Assembly: GCA_012295275.1 (NCBI GenBank)
Contig: CM022672.1
Coordinates: 28,644,001 to 28,708,000 of the forward strand
DNA: 64,000 bases
Direction: 5' to 3'
Source: Chrysomallon squamiferum
Taxonomy: Eukaryota; Animalia; Mollusca
Part shown: one piece after another, positions 27,958 through 40,268 of the stretch
Numbering within the stretch: the first letter of the stretch is position 1
Layout of the letters: each line of letters begins with the position of its first letter
Notes under the pieces: model-generated
Databases searched by the model: none
The model's input: only the letters and a program-made list of their open reading frames with translations
What the model was told of the DNA's origin: nothing
Made by a program: the position numbers and the translations under genes

Positions 27958-28600
27958 ATGGGCACCAATCAGACCATGAAGCAGGCACCTATGTTATCTG
28001 CTTTAAGTGAGGACAGTGAGGCAGCCAGGCCAACAAGTAATATTTGTTACCTTTGTAAGAAATCATTTTCTACGCAGTTAGAACTAGAGAAACATTCTAC
28101 TTGAAATCACAGCTTACGCTGCCCCCATTGTCCTTTAATTTTTATATGAACATTAGATTTAGAAAATCATCTTGCTCAGGAGCCTCAGCACAACTGTCAT
28201 GTTGACAAAAAAATGTGGATTTGATTTTGTTAGTGATACAGATAAGAGAAAATGAAGTGAAGGTCCACAACATTTATAGCGTCATCTTGCCTAAAACAAA
28301 GAACAGGGGCCATGTACTAGAGAATATTAATAATGAAGATTTGTTAACTTGTTGTGATTGTAACATGATTTTCTTTTCTCAGAATGGTCTTTTACTTCAT
28401 GAACAAAAGTGTAGAAGTGCTTCTAATTACTTTATTTGTCCTACTTATGGTTTCTGCTGTGGTGACAAAAAGACATTATCTGATCATATTAAAATTATTC
28501 ACAAGAAAGTGGTGTACCTGTGTAATATATGTGGTGCAAAGTACAGCTGGAGCACTGGTCTTGCAAAACACAAAAAAACATCATTTCAAAACATAGTATT
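27958..28600 (+). pseudogene. Decayed multi-finger terminal exon A2
   Basis: Acceptor atttcag|ATG in phase 0. Reads CYLCKKSFSTQLELEKHST*NH and CPHCPLIFI*TLDLENH with two in-frame TGA. Later fingers (CCDC, CNICGAKYSWSTGLAKH) are in another frame. Confidence 0.75.
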
Positions 28601-29216
28601 AAGAATTTTGGCCTTTATTGATCTTTATAGCCCAAACAAAATACCACATTTATTACTGAGACAACCTACTTTATTAACATTTAAAGTTCTTAGTATATAA
28701 CGAATTATGAAAAACATTGTTATTCTTTTCATTTTGTTTTCTTCATTGCATTTGTGTTTTTGGTTTTTCATTTTTATAGACATTACATGTTTTTGTAATA
28801 AGAAACAAAAGTATTCTATTATGTCAACAATGTTAACCAGGAATTATATTTCTGAAACTGCTAAATTATCCGTAAAAAGTATTTTTATTATAATTTTTTT
28901 TATATAACCCTTCAGTCATGAATAATTTCAGATATTAAATAAATAGGTTATGTTGCTAATGTTATATTTATTAAAACAGAAACTAAGTTTAACAATTGTT
29001 GTTTATCATTTTATTGTGTTAACAGTTTTCAGGATGTGTTAAAAACTAATGTGTATAAACTTTAAAATGTATTTAAAATGTTGTTAAATAGCAGTAATAT
29101 TAAAAATCATTTGCACATGAATCAGCACCAGTCGGTGTTTAGTTTATTCCTAAATGACTAGATTAATTTATTAATCTGGCCAAACCCTGAACCAATTTTG
29201 TTAATTTGTGTTCTAG

Positions 29217-29528
29217 ATGGAGATGAGCCGCAATGATCAGGATAGATGGGGACTGAAGATGAAAACAAGAATTGGTACAGGAAAACATAATGTATATTTC
29301 ACAAGGCCAATTTTGCAATCAAAGACACCATGTGTGTGTAAAATATGTGGCAAGCGGTTTTCATTTGTGAGATACCTGAAGGATCATTTAAAAATGCGTC
29401 ATGCCTCAGATGATACACTTCCATACGCTTGTCAATGTGGGAGACAGTTTAGATACAGAGCTGCATTAGCCAAACATCGTACTAAGGAATGTCCAGTTAA
29501 TACACTAAATTCTTTTAAGATAAGATGA
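29217..29528 (+). CDS. Alternative terminal exon A3: two zinc fingers
   Basis: Acceptor gttctag|ATG in phase 0. Encodes CKICGKRFSFVRYLKDHLKMRH and CQCGRQFRYRAALAKHRTKEC. Confidence 0.85.
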   Translation: MEMSRNDQDRWGLKMKTRIGTGKHNVYFTRPILQSKTPCVCKICGKRFSFVRYLKDHLKMRHASDDTLPYACQCGRQFRYRAALAKHRTKECPVNTLNSFKIR

Positions 29529-29653
29529 AGAAAAAAAACAACTCAGTAACAAGTATAATATATAAACATTTTGTTAGAAAAGTGGCCAGTCCTATTAAAC
29601 AACACTTGCTGATACTGCTGGACATGCTCAACAGTTTTTATCTTTGATTTCAG

Positions 29654-29812
29654 CTTTGGCCAAGGCAAAGATACAAACAGTACACAGAGGATGATATCAG
29701 AAAGGCCATTCAGCTGGTTCAACAGAAAAAGTTGAGTGTTTTGAAAGCTAGCATTATCTGCAGAGTTCCACGTGAGACGCTGAGAATTAGACTTAAATCA
29801 TTGCAACAGTGA
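29654..29812 (+). CDS. Alternative terminal exon A4: Pipsqueak-type HTH (absent from the ORF track)
   Basis: Acceptor gatttcag in phase 0. Encodes LWPRQRYKQYTEDDIRKAIQLVQQKKLSVLKASIICRVPRETLRIRLKSLQQ*. AATAAA ~55 nt after the stop. Confidence 0.85.
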   Translation, partial: LWPRQRYKQYTEDDIRKAIQLVQQKKLSVLKASIICRVPRETLRIRLKSLQQ

Positions 29813-31065
29813 ATAACACTAGATATGAAATTAATGAAATAATGCTTTGTCTAAACTGTATGAAATAATAAAAAATAAAGGCTAAAACAATTTTTAATAA
29901 TATGTAACAGTTTTAAATTTCTACTCGAGTTTCAGTTCATTTACTATTTTGGGTAATATTATGGAGAATACTTTTATCCAGTCTCTGCTGTAAACTTCAA
30001 TCCATTATAATTCCGATGTAATTCTTGCTTACAAGAACAGACAATATAAAAATTCATACTTAATGTACATTTTGTTTATTTCCTAGTATTAAGTTTTGAT
30101 GATAATGAAAATAATACTATTTTATGAAGAATGCTGTGACACCAAATAATTATTAGTATTCTTAGAAATTAAGAAGAAAAAATAAAATGATGAACAGTTA
30201 CCTGATGACCCACATTCACATATTTAGTGTTCATTCTCAACTTGAATTATTATTATTATTAAAGAACAATAAAGGGATCGATTAGAAGTGTACAAGTGTT
30301 ATTGCATATAATTTACACTTGCAAATTAATGTATATCAGATTTAAGAAATTACTTTATAATGTCATGTTTTGACATTTTGCCTGTAAACGATTCTTCAGC
30401 TATCCTTTTATCAAAGGCTACTGTGATATGGTGAAAGCATTTCTATACAGGGGTCAAAACTTGTTTTCTAAACTGCCTTCAAGACATGGAAAACAGCATG
30501 TTTCTATACTTTCTGTTTGGGTAATTTTCAGACAGACCCTGACAAACTGGCATCATGGAAAGCTTAAAACAGTATCTTTTCATATGTCATGTTTAATATT
30601 TAGTACTGTAAACTGTTCTGATCATATGGTAGCAATGACAAGGTCGTGCCTCTAGTTGCTGATCTCATTGGATCAGTGATAGGTTATTTAATAAACCTCT
30701 TTGCATCACTTATCTCCATTTTGTAGCAGTTGATCTAGATAAAAGAAAAAGAAAGACAAATAGTGTTAAATTTTGATAGAATGTTCATTGTGATAAAGAA
30801 TCGTTGGCTATTTGATTGAAGAAGATTATTTTGAGGATTTGACAGTGAGACAGATGAAAACAATGACAGCTGATCAAACTACAAGACAGATAACAATGAC
30901 TGTTTCAGCTTAGGGAAAACAATGGAAGCAACATCAGAATATACCTGTTACAGCCCTACAGCAGGGTAGGAAAAAAGGCAGGACTCATCACCCTTCTGTA
31001 TCAAAAAACAAAATTAAACTAATAAATCAAATGCTTAGAAAAATGAAAACAGTGTTCAGCTATAT

Positions 31066-32968
31066 CAGGGGTGGCCAAACTTTTTTACCAGAGGGCCAAA
31101 TTTGCAACTTTCTTGCCACTGGAGGGCTGGATTAAATGAAATTTACGTAAAATTTGTCGTAACTGGTTGCCATCTTTATTAAAATATATATTATTGTAGT
31201 AGAATAACAATAAATAACACCATCTTGTTTACACTTGTATTTAATAAAAGGTTTATATATCAATGAGATAAATGCAACTGTCCACAATTTTGAACAAGCC
31301 TTTTAAAGTCTGGAGTAAAACTAGTTGTCGAAACTTTCATAATTGCTTGTAAATTTGCATCTGACAATACTGATCTGTTTTTTGACTTTGTTCGATTTAA
31401 GCATGAAAAAGTCTGTTCACAAATATAAGTTGATCCAAATATACACAGCATCCTAGCAGCAAAACCTCGTAGATTGATAAACTTTTCAGCAGGCAAATAT
31501 TTGAAAAATTCTGCCAACGGCATATTCCTAAACTTTATTTTCAGCTCATTATTAGCTTGTAGATCTATTAGTTCCAGCTGAAGAACATCAGGGGCTGTCT
31601 CAATTTCTGTACTGAAGGGTGAAACAAGTATATTAAATGATGAATCCATTACTCTGAAGTCTGAAAATCTTCTTTGGAATTCTTGTTTCAAGATGCAGAG
31701 TTGATTGCTGTATTTTTCAGCAAGTTTACTATCTACTGTTGCCTTCCTTAGCAAAGAAAAATGAATAAAATTACATTCTGATATCTGTTTGGCAAAAAGT
31801 GAGAGCTTTGCCTCAGAAGCTTTTACTTTGGTGTACATATCATGCACAAATAATCCTTTTCCTTGCAATTCCAAATTTAGAGAATTGAGCTTTTCAAACA
31901 TTTCAGTGGCAAACATAAAATCACAAAGCCAGTAATCATTTTTCATCTTCTCTATAAAATCACATTTCATTTGTTTGATATCAAGGAAAAGGAGAATTTC
32001 ATCTCTTAGTTCAAAGACTCTTCTTAGAACTTTCCCATGACTAAGCCACCGAACACTATTGTGATATAGCACATCTTTATATTCAGTCTCAATATCATCC
32101 AGTAATGTCTTGAATTGTCTGTGTGATAATGGTCTGGATCTGAATAGATTAACTACTTCAACTACAGGACGTATCACATGATTAAAATCCAGAGCTGACT
32201 TGCATAAACTTTCTTGATGAATGATACAATGAAATTTCCATATTTCATGCTGAGGACAGTTTTCTTTAATCTTCTTTTTTGTAGGAGGCTAATCATGCCT
32301 TTGTTTTTCCAGTTAGAGCAGGTGCACCGTCAGTAGTGATACTCACCAATTTATTCCACGGCAGGCCAGCCTCCTCCACACACTTTATTACACATTTACA
32401 CAGGTCTTCCCCCGTAGTTGTGCCTTTTAAAGGTTCAACTGATAACAACTCCTCTGAAATTGTAAAATCTGACTTGATACCACGTATAAATATCATGAGT
32501 TGTGCAATGTCCTGAACATCATTGCTTTCATCCAGAGCTAATGAAAACCACATGAAATCAGTGCAAGCAGTGTGAAGCTGTTGGGACAAATCTTTGCTGA
32601 TATCTTGTACCCTTCTCATAACTGTATTCCTTGATAGTGCAATATTCTCAAATTTATTCTGTGCTTCTGGACAAAGTATGCGTGCCGCATCCACAATGCA
32701 GTCTTTTACAAATTCTCAATCAGAAAAATGTTAGCTACTTACGTCATGGTTGGCAGACTGTTCTAAAAATAACGCTGCAAGGGCATTTATTCTAAAAATA
32801 ACAACGCTTGCCACAAGCTACTGCTAGTAGCAGCCAGCGCTGTTGCACTGCTTGTTCACAGTGGTAAATATGGTGCTTGGAAAAAAACAAGGCAAGGTGT
32901 TTGGCGGGCCGGATGAAACAGGACTGGGGGCCGGATGCGGCCCGCGGGCCGTAGTTTGGCCACCACTG
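31066..32968 (-). mobile_element. hAT (Charlie/SPIN/GTF2IRD2-like) transposon, 5'-deleted, transposase frameshifted
   Basis: TIR CAGGGGTGGCCAAACT / AGTTTGGCCACCACTG. 8-bp TSD AGCTATAT / ATCTATAT. ORFs 32293-32694 (FSLALDES, SITTDGAP) and 31260-32177 (VRWLS, FGSTYICEQTFS). Confidence 0.93.
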
Positions 32969-33097
32969 ATCTATATTATATTTACTGTCATTGTTTGGTG
33001 GTAAAACAGTGAATCATGGCCTTAAAAATGTGCATTCTTAGTCATGCTAATTTGACATTTGTTTTTCCTGTTTTTGTCAAGAATAATTAAGTGTGTG

Positions 33098-35194
33098 TGT
33101 GGTCAAAGCTGTCTATAATGGCCATCCGTGGGACTTCACTAGATTGACCATTACAGACAGGTAACCATTATAAATATGTCTTAGATTTAATATGAACAAT
33201 AATTTTTAATTTATTTTATTTTATAATTTTTTTTTTTAAGGCTATGTTAACATTTGCAGCTGAGAAATAAAATGCTTTTGTGAGAAATATCAATTTTATT
33301 TTATAACAGAATTTCCATGTTTGTAAATGTGATGCAATCTGGGAAAACCCTTCACATTAAAATTTATTTTGCTTTTCAAAACTTATCCGAAAACGAAAAT
33401 GGAAGAAAAATGTGTTTATAAAACTGCTTTATACTGACATAATACTTAAACCAGTTTGTGAAAAGTATCCATATTTATAAAAATGTAATCATAGTAAACT
33501 GACACCAAATAAAGATGTGCAAAATTTATTAAAAAGACGTTAAACATAAAACAGAAGATTTTACACGCACACACACACATTCAAACATAACATTCAAACA
33601 TTCACTGCTTTGTGGAACAGTCATGTTCACTGTAAGCCCATTTGTTTGATGGTGGAGTTGCACTTTCTTCACCTGTTTCACCCATAACATCTCATCTTAT
33701 TTGTTCTTTAGGAAGTGGACATGCAAAATCCTGTTTTAATACATGATACAAGTACCACTGGCGCTTAATACTGAGCCCATTTGTTTTGATCTCATCTGGA
33801 ATATTGTCCTGCAAGACATCAATATTCACTTTAAGCAGTTCCTGGTATGCAGATTCAGTGTCTAAATAAACATTTAATCTGATTTCTGTACTGTCTTTAT
33901 TAAAACAAAAAATAATGGAATGTTTTAATTTTTGTCACCTTCCTGAAGTACTAGCCAAGGAAAGCTGACCAGTTAGGCACAGGCACTAAAACTGTACCAC
34001 TTGAGCTGTGTCTTGCAGGCTGTCAATTTTAGATCGGCAGAACTTTCTTTTGACCAATCCAAAAGACCAATGAGAAGAAAATCTGGTATGATCTTTCAGC
34101 AGAAGACTCATTGTTACTGAGTCATGTCAGTCAGTGATAACTCCACAGCATGAACCACGTGACATATGAATTGTCATTTTGTCCTGCACAGTTGTCAGCA
34201 TGTAGGTGCATGTGTTTTTATCCCAAGACATAGTTTTCCAAGTAATAATGAAGAAAATTAATAACACTATTAGCTCCTTCCCCACTCTGTACTAATTCAT
34301 CCAATAAAAATGTTACCTGCTTTGGCAGTACTTTCACAGGATTCACCACATATTGCACATTTTCTGGCTTTTCTGAGTGTTTTTCCTTTTCTGCTTCTGA
34401 CTTTTTTGCTGCCTTTCTGATACTTGGCTTGGATCTCTGATCTAATCTAATTGTCTCAACCTTCTCCAATGAAAACATTAACAAACTTGGATCTGGAGAG
34501 TAGTAATGACAGTTATATTGAAATTTTTTCAGTTGTTATTGTTCTGTGTTTGTTAGCAGTGGTGGAAGAATCTCTGTGATATTGTTGAATACAGATGCAT
34601 CTTCAGCTGAAATAAATAATTAAAAGATCTACCAGTATACTGAAGAAATCACACTGCTAAGCAGAACAATCAGTTATAGCATTTAATTCAAGCTAACAAC
34701 ATTATTACCACATTTGGTAATTTTTAATTATTATATCATGTTTTAAAAGTATCAGTAAAAATAAATGAATAATTTGTATGTAATTTATATTATTTAAAAT
34801 TAATTAAAAATCAGTGTTGGTTGATGTTTATGTCTGACTTAAAACTTCAGAACACCTAACATAACACACTGTTTGGTTTTTCTCAACTAGCTAATGTAAT
34901 TACACAACATGGTCAAAGATGTGAACAACCAGTGATAGCTCAACTTTTAACTGCTTTGAGTGCAACAACTGAGATTCCATTGAATTGTGACCCTGATTCA
35001 TTGTAACATCGTGTCAGAGAAGTTACTGACTATATTCATGTTTTTCAATTATGATCGGTGGAATTTGCCAATTCTGAAGTGCTGTGACCGTCATAGCAGG
35101 TTCTGTTGACAATTTTCCATGAAAATATATAGGTTGTTTAAAGAAGGAAATGCTTTAAGGGGGATTTATGGTGACCATTTGACCAGTTTCGACT
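33098..35194. mobile_element. Possible old pogo-like MITE ends enclosing the Sola-like remnant
   Basis: GTCAAAGCTGTCTATAATGGCCA (~33102) and GACCATTTGACCAGTTTCGACTG (~35172-35194) are weak inverted counterparts, heavily diverged. Confidence 0.3.
33326..34600 (-). mobile_element. Decayed DNA-transposase remnant (Sola-like); boundaries approximate
   Basis: Minus-strand QVTFLLDE..GEGANSVINFLHYYLENY..G*KHMHLHADNCAGQNDN and a downstream GLSIKRQWYLY, with multiple stops. Confidence 0.55.
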
Positions 35195-35698
35195 GTTTGT
35201 GTCTATATGTATGTATGTATGTATATTTATTTGTATGTTTATTTATATGCTGTGTGTGTGTGTGTGTGTGTGTGCATGGCAGTTAATTAAGATAGATATC
35301 TTTAACCTTACTTCATCTGATCAGTGTTATAACATAAAAATGGAAAATTTGTTACAAAAAAACATTAATAAAACTTTTTTGTTGTATGTAATGTTTATAG
35401 GGTCATCCTAGTAAGTTATTATTCAAATAATATTTTTTTATTAAGTGTTGATAGTTGCATTCACATGCATGCACAAAAAACATATAAATACAAAAAAACA
35501 AAAAAAAAACAATCTTTATGTAAGTGAGAAAAGCAGCTGGTTCCATTTTTAATAAAGTTTCTTTGAGTTGGTTTGTTGATATTTATGAATTAGTATTATT
35601 TATAAATGTAAATTCAGAACAGGTTTTGAACAAAACTGAAAATAAAGGCTTTCTGTTGAATATTCATCAGTGTTTAGTTATTATTCCTGTCCTTTCAG

Positions 35699-35881
35699 TC
35701 TTGGCCATTGTCAAGGCGGCGGTCTTCTTACCTGCAGTACACAGCACAAGACCTGAGGAAGGCCATTCAGTTAGTGGAGCAGAGAAAGATGACTGTGTCT
35801 AATGCAGCCAAAAAATTCAGAATTCCATTGAGAACATTGTATTTCCGGATTCAGCAGTCAAAACAACAGTACTCTAGATAG
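35699..35881 (+). CDS. Alternative terminal exon A5: Pipsqueak-type HTH, paralogue of A4 (absent from the ORF track)
   Basis: Acceptor cctttcag in phase 0. Encodes SWPLSRRRSSYLQYTAQDLRKAIQLVEQRKMTVSNAAKKFRIPLRTLYFRIQQSKQQYSR*. Confidence 0.85.
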   Translation, partial: SWPLSRRRSSYLQYTAQDLRKAIQLVEQRKMTVSNAAKKFRIPLRTLYFRIQQSKQQYSR

Positions 35882-37013
35882 ACAAATCAAGAAAAATAAT
35901 AAGTACAAAACAGCTACAAATAAACAAAAAAGCAAAATAAATAAGAGAGAGAGAAAGAGAAAAATGAACCAGAAATGTTTTCAAAATGAATTGTTATTGA
36001 TGACATAATTTGCTTTGTTTTGTATATTAGTAATGTTCATGAGAAATGAATGTTAGTTACATACAATACAGTAATTTAGGAAGATAAAATCCTTCCTTTC
36101 AGAGTAAAAACATTTTATATATTTATTCATAACAGCAGGATTGGGCAAGTCCAGCAACCTGGTTACATACCTGTGTGTTACAGTTCTTCTCATTTGAAAT
36201 CTACTTCACAAGGATCTTGAAAGTGTTTAAAGATATTATGTGATAGGTTCCTGTTGTGTAATTTTTAATGAATGGTAACCATTCAAGCATAAAAAAAAAA
36301 AAATTTTAACATTAATGAATCATCTTTGAGTATTTATTCATTAACAAGACTGAAATAAATTTTAAATAATCAGAGTCAAAGAAAATAAAAATGTGGTTTG
36401 ATACAGTAATATGTGTTTTGTTTTTTTATCTTTCCATAATTTTAGTTTTATAAGCTGTTCTTTTCTTAGTTGAAGGATTAAAAATACTATGAGAAAGAGT
36501 CAAGATCAAATTTATCTACACTGTTTTGTTAGTGTAAATTTCAGATTAGAGTACACCTACATTTTCAGCAGATTATCACATCTGTTACGTCTAAAAATGA
36601 CAAATTTGGAAATAAAGTCAACATTAAAAAATGCATTTAAAAAAACAAATATTGTTGAAGCATACAAATGAATCATACAATTTCATAATAAATTGAAGCT
36701 ATATAAGCAGAGGCACTCACAAAATATTTTCCTTACAAATTTACATGGTACCAACAGTTGTTTTAAACAGGGAACATATTTAAAATTAAAATATTAATAT
36801 GTGTTCAGTGTTAATTTTTGGACATTTGTACATCAAACAAAATGACTTAAAAGGGTTAAGGAATTACATTCTACTCTTTATGATGTTAGGTTTGTAATAC
36901 AAGTATGTAATTTTGAAACCTGTTATAAAAGATAGTTGTTACATGTTTATCTTGGGAGACTGATTTCGGGATGACAGTGTTTCACATGACTTGTCTTTTT
37001 TCTAAATCTTCAG

Positions 37014-37454
37014 GTGTCTCAGTCTGATAGTAGGTATGATTTGGGGGCTCCAGATTTTCCACTGTCAGCTCAGGTTTTGGATACTTCTCTGCAAAACAGT
37101 AGAAAAGAAGAGACTGAGTCTGTCCAGCAGTTTGATACACATCCATCTAACTTGCAAAATACAAATCCAGAAACTGTTTTATTGACAAGAGGACGGACAG
37201 TTCTCAGTGTTGTAGAAGAAAGTCAGCTGGTGCAGTTAATCAAAGAACGAATAGAAAATGAAGGCAGGCTGAGTAGATCTGAAGTGCTACGATTAGCTTC
37301 AGAATTTGCAGTGAGTTTAAAGAGACGAGAAACAACACATGGATTTAGCAGACAGTGGTATTACAGTTTCTTAGAAAGATGGCCTGACCTACAGCAGATG
37401 CTTAATGTCACTAAATGGACAGGAGACCTAAGACTGCAGAGAGATGCAAAGTAA
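37014..37454 (+). CDS. Alternative terminal exon A6: CENP-B/Tc5-type HTH
   Basis: Acceptor atcttcag|GTG in phase 0. Encodes RGRTVLSVVEESQLVQLI..G.LSRSEVLRLASEFA..FSRQWYYSFLERWPDL. Confidence 0.85.
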   Translation: MSQSDSRYDLGAPDFPLSAQVLDTSLQNSRKEETESVQQFDTHPSNLQNTNPETVLLTRGRTVLSVVEESQLVQLIKERIENEGRLSRSEVLRLASEFAVSLKRRETTHGFSRQWYYSFLERWPDLQQMLNVTKWTGDLRLQRDAK

Positions 37455-38769
37455 AAACTGAAACTTGAAAATGTGTTTTTTTAATTTTTTAAAATTATTT
37501 TAGTTTTTCTGAGCTAAATAGTTTTGAAGCACATTTACATTAATTTTATTTTCTGATGTCATATCACAAAAATCTTCCAGACTTTTCAAGAATTTATCTC
37601 TATTTATTTAAATACCAGCATAACATATGAAAGTAATTACAGATAAAAAGTTACAAACACACCACAAAAATAAAAATGAAAATCTTCCAGCAACACATAT
37701 GTTACACTTAACTGATAATTTTTAAAGAAACTGTATAGCCAGGATTGTTATTTTTGTATGTCTGTCTGAGATGTGTTTATTTAAGCAACAACAAAGATTA
37801 GTTGCAGTTTTCTCTCTTTAAAAAAAAACTTAAATAAAGAACATCTAAAAAGATTATTTCTTTCAACAATTTATTTAAATTTTTTATCCAGTTTTGTATG
37901 ACTGGAAATTGTTTCATTATGACTCTGTTTACAGATGTTTTATTACTAATCAAAAAAAAAAAAAAAAATTGTGATTATTAATTTACAATATGCATAAATG
38001 TTAAAATTTTGTTTCAATCAAAATTATTTGTGAATTATTTCCTGTTGCTCTTTAATCAGGTCAAAAACTAAAATATTGGATTTTAATGGTCATATATTTA
38101 TACTACAGTTGAGTCTCAAAATTATAAAAGGTGTATGCAAAAAAAAGAAGGAATGACTGAAAACAAAATATAGCGAAAGTGAAGAATTTAAAAGAAAAAC
38201 AAATGACTCAGAATGCACTGAAAGAATTAGATAAATGATATTGATCAGTAATTAAACAAATTTGGTATGTTGACAACTTTAAACTGGGTTAAAATAGGAT
38301 AGCTTGAATACTGAGTGATGTATATAAATATACAACCATCTGTTACATCCATAAAGGAATGTCAAAACAAATTATTTTTGTATTTTCAGCATTGTTAAAA
38401 CCATTAGTAAGTTTGAGGGGTTTTTAATTTGCTTATTTCTAAAGTGTATATCTTGGCAACATCATCAAAATAATTTTATTGTGAATCAAATGAGATATAG
38501 TTATGATCCATGAAGAGACCCTCATTAATATTAGTTTGATTTCAAACAAACTATAAACAGTATCTTTTATGGCACACATTGCATCAACTAGTTTAAACTA
38601 CTTTAAATTAAAATTCATGCATGGGTGCATTGATATTGTGAATTTGCTTATTATAGGTTAAAAGCATGGTTTTAAAGTATTTTTTTAGATTGGTTTAAAG
38701 AACAAGCAATATATCTGATTATAGACAACAGAAAACCCCTGTAACACTATGTTTTTGTTGATTCTACAG

Positions 38770-39147
38770 ATGCCTCAGCTGACACCTGAATTGTCTAACA
38801 ATCATCCTGTCAAAGGATCTGGAACACAAAATAGCTTAGAAGAGAGTCATACTCCACCGGTCAGTCAGGATGGACAACAAAGTTTTAATCAGACATGGGC
38901 AACAGTGGCTGAACGTGGCCGACCACCAGTGTTAACCAGTCAACAGGAAGCTGAGCTTGTGGAAGTTTTCAAATCTCATGCAGCAAAAGGTCATTTGGTT
39001 TCACGGGTAGAAGTGTTACAAATTGCATCTGAGTTTGCTACCAGTGTTGGTAAACGTGATGGTGCCAAATGTTTGAGTGTACAGTGGTACTACAATTTCA
39101 TGAAACGTTGGCCAGAAGTAAAACAATTTTTTCAAAAACCCAATTAA
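38770..39147 (+). CDS. Alternative terminal exon A7: CENP-B/Tc5-type HTH, paralogue of A6
   Basis: Acceptor ttctacag|ATG in phase 0. Encodes RGRPPVLTSQQEAELVEVF..GHLVSRVEVLQIASEFA..LSVQWYYNFMKRWPEV. Confidence 0.85.
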   Translation: MPQLTPELSNNHPVKGSGTQNSLEESHTPPVSQDGQQSFNQTWATVAERGRPPVLTSQQEAELVEVFKSHAAKGHLVSRVEVLQIASEFATSVGKRDGAKCLSVQWYYNFMKRWPEVKQFFQKPN

Positions 39148-40268
39148 TAACAAAATAACGTGTTTAATAAGCAAGGATATTTTTCTCAAAAAAAGTGCCA
39201 GTGCACTCTTTTTTTTGTATAAAAATGAAAACTGTTAAAAAAAACAAAGCAAACAAAAACCATTTTTATTGCATACTTAACAGAATTCAGTGTATTTGTG
39301 CAGTGTAGTATTGTGTTTATGGCTTTTAAATTTATATAGCATTTCAGTTCTTCAAAAGTTCATTTATTTATCACAGAAAAGAATGTTTCAGATGTATTTA
39401 TTTTTTCTTCCATAAAATGGAAACATTTATTGTAATCTTTAATTTTTAATTTTCTGTACTTTCATATACTTTTGGATGTTTAAATTTCAAATTACACGTT
39501 TCTTTATTTTTTCTTTGTAATTGTTTTTGTAGAAATGTGATGCAATTTCAAAACTGAGGTGTATCATCATTATATATGTAGTGAATTATGAATTAGAAAT
39601 TTGGCATGTAAATCAGTTAATTAACAAAAGTGGTATCAGTGTTATATCAGTGATTTCAGTATTATATTTAAGCATTGTTTTACAAGTTCTTACTTTCAAA
39701 TATTTTTAGGCAGTATTTAATTATGTCAAATTAGACAATAAGACATATTCTTGTACTTAATAAATAACTGCTTGACAAACTCCCCAACAATTCATTACTT
39801 AATTTACATATTATATTCTCTAAATCAGTGAAGTTCATAAGATTACTGCAAAATGAAAATAGCTGAGTGATCTAATAACCATTGTCCAGATATATAAATA
39901 TTAAGGTATTTAATTCTCAGTTTTGGAATTTTAATTATGCAAAATTCAACAGTTTTCATGAGATTTTCAAAACGGTTGAATCTGTAAAAACTGATTGTGA
40001 ATTAACATGGTTTAAATGTTTCTCAAATTTACCCTTTTTATTTTATTTTATTTTCTGGTTTTTGTTATATAGACTTCCAGAAAAACGGCAGTTAAAAAGT
40101 TATTACTACAGGTAATTTGTAAACATAAAAAAGAGAAGGAATATCTTATTCTGTTTCTAGTTAAGTAAGCAGTAAATATTCTTCAAGAATGGAAATAATT
40201 TGTTATTTCACTTATCCTAGTTTTTAAAAAAAGATTGTTCTTTGGCATTTTACTTAAAAAGTCTAGAT

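Noticed and set aside
31260-32694. Domesticated GTF2IRD2/EPM2AIP1-like host gene
   Set aside because: Flanked by TIRs and a TSD, frameshifted, and missing the N-terminus. It is a transposon copy.
25777-38772. Cassettes A1, A2, A3 and A7 as stand-alone single-exon genes, because they begin with ATG
   Set aside because: Each ATG directly follows a pyrimidine tract and AG in the same phase as sibling exons that lack ATG (A4, A5, A6, A8, A9), and the upstream constant ORF has no stop of its own.
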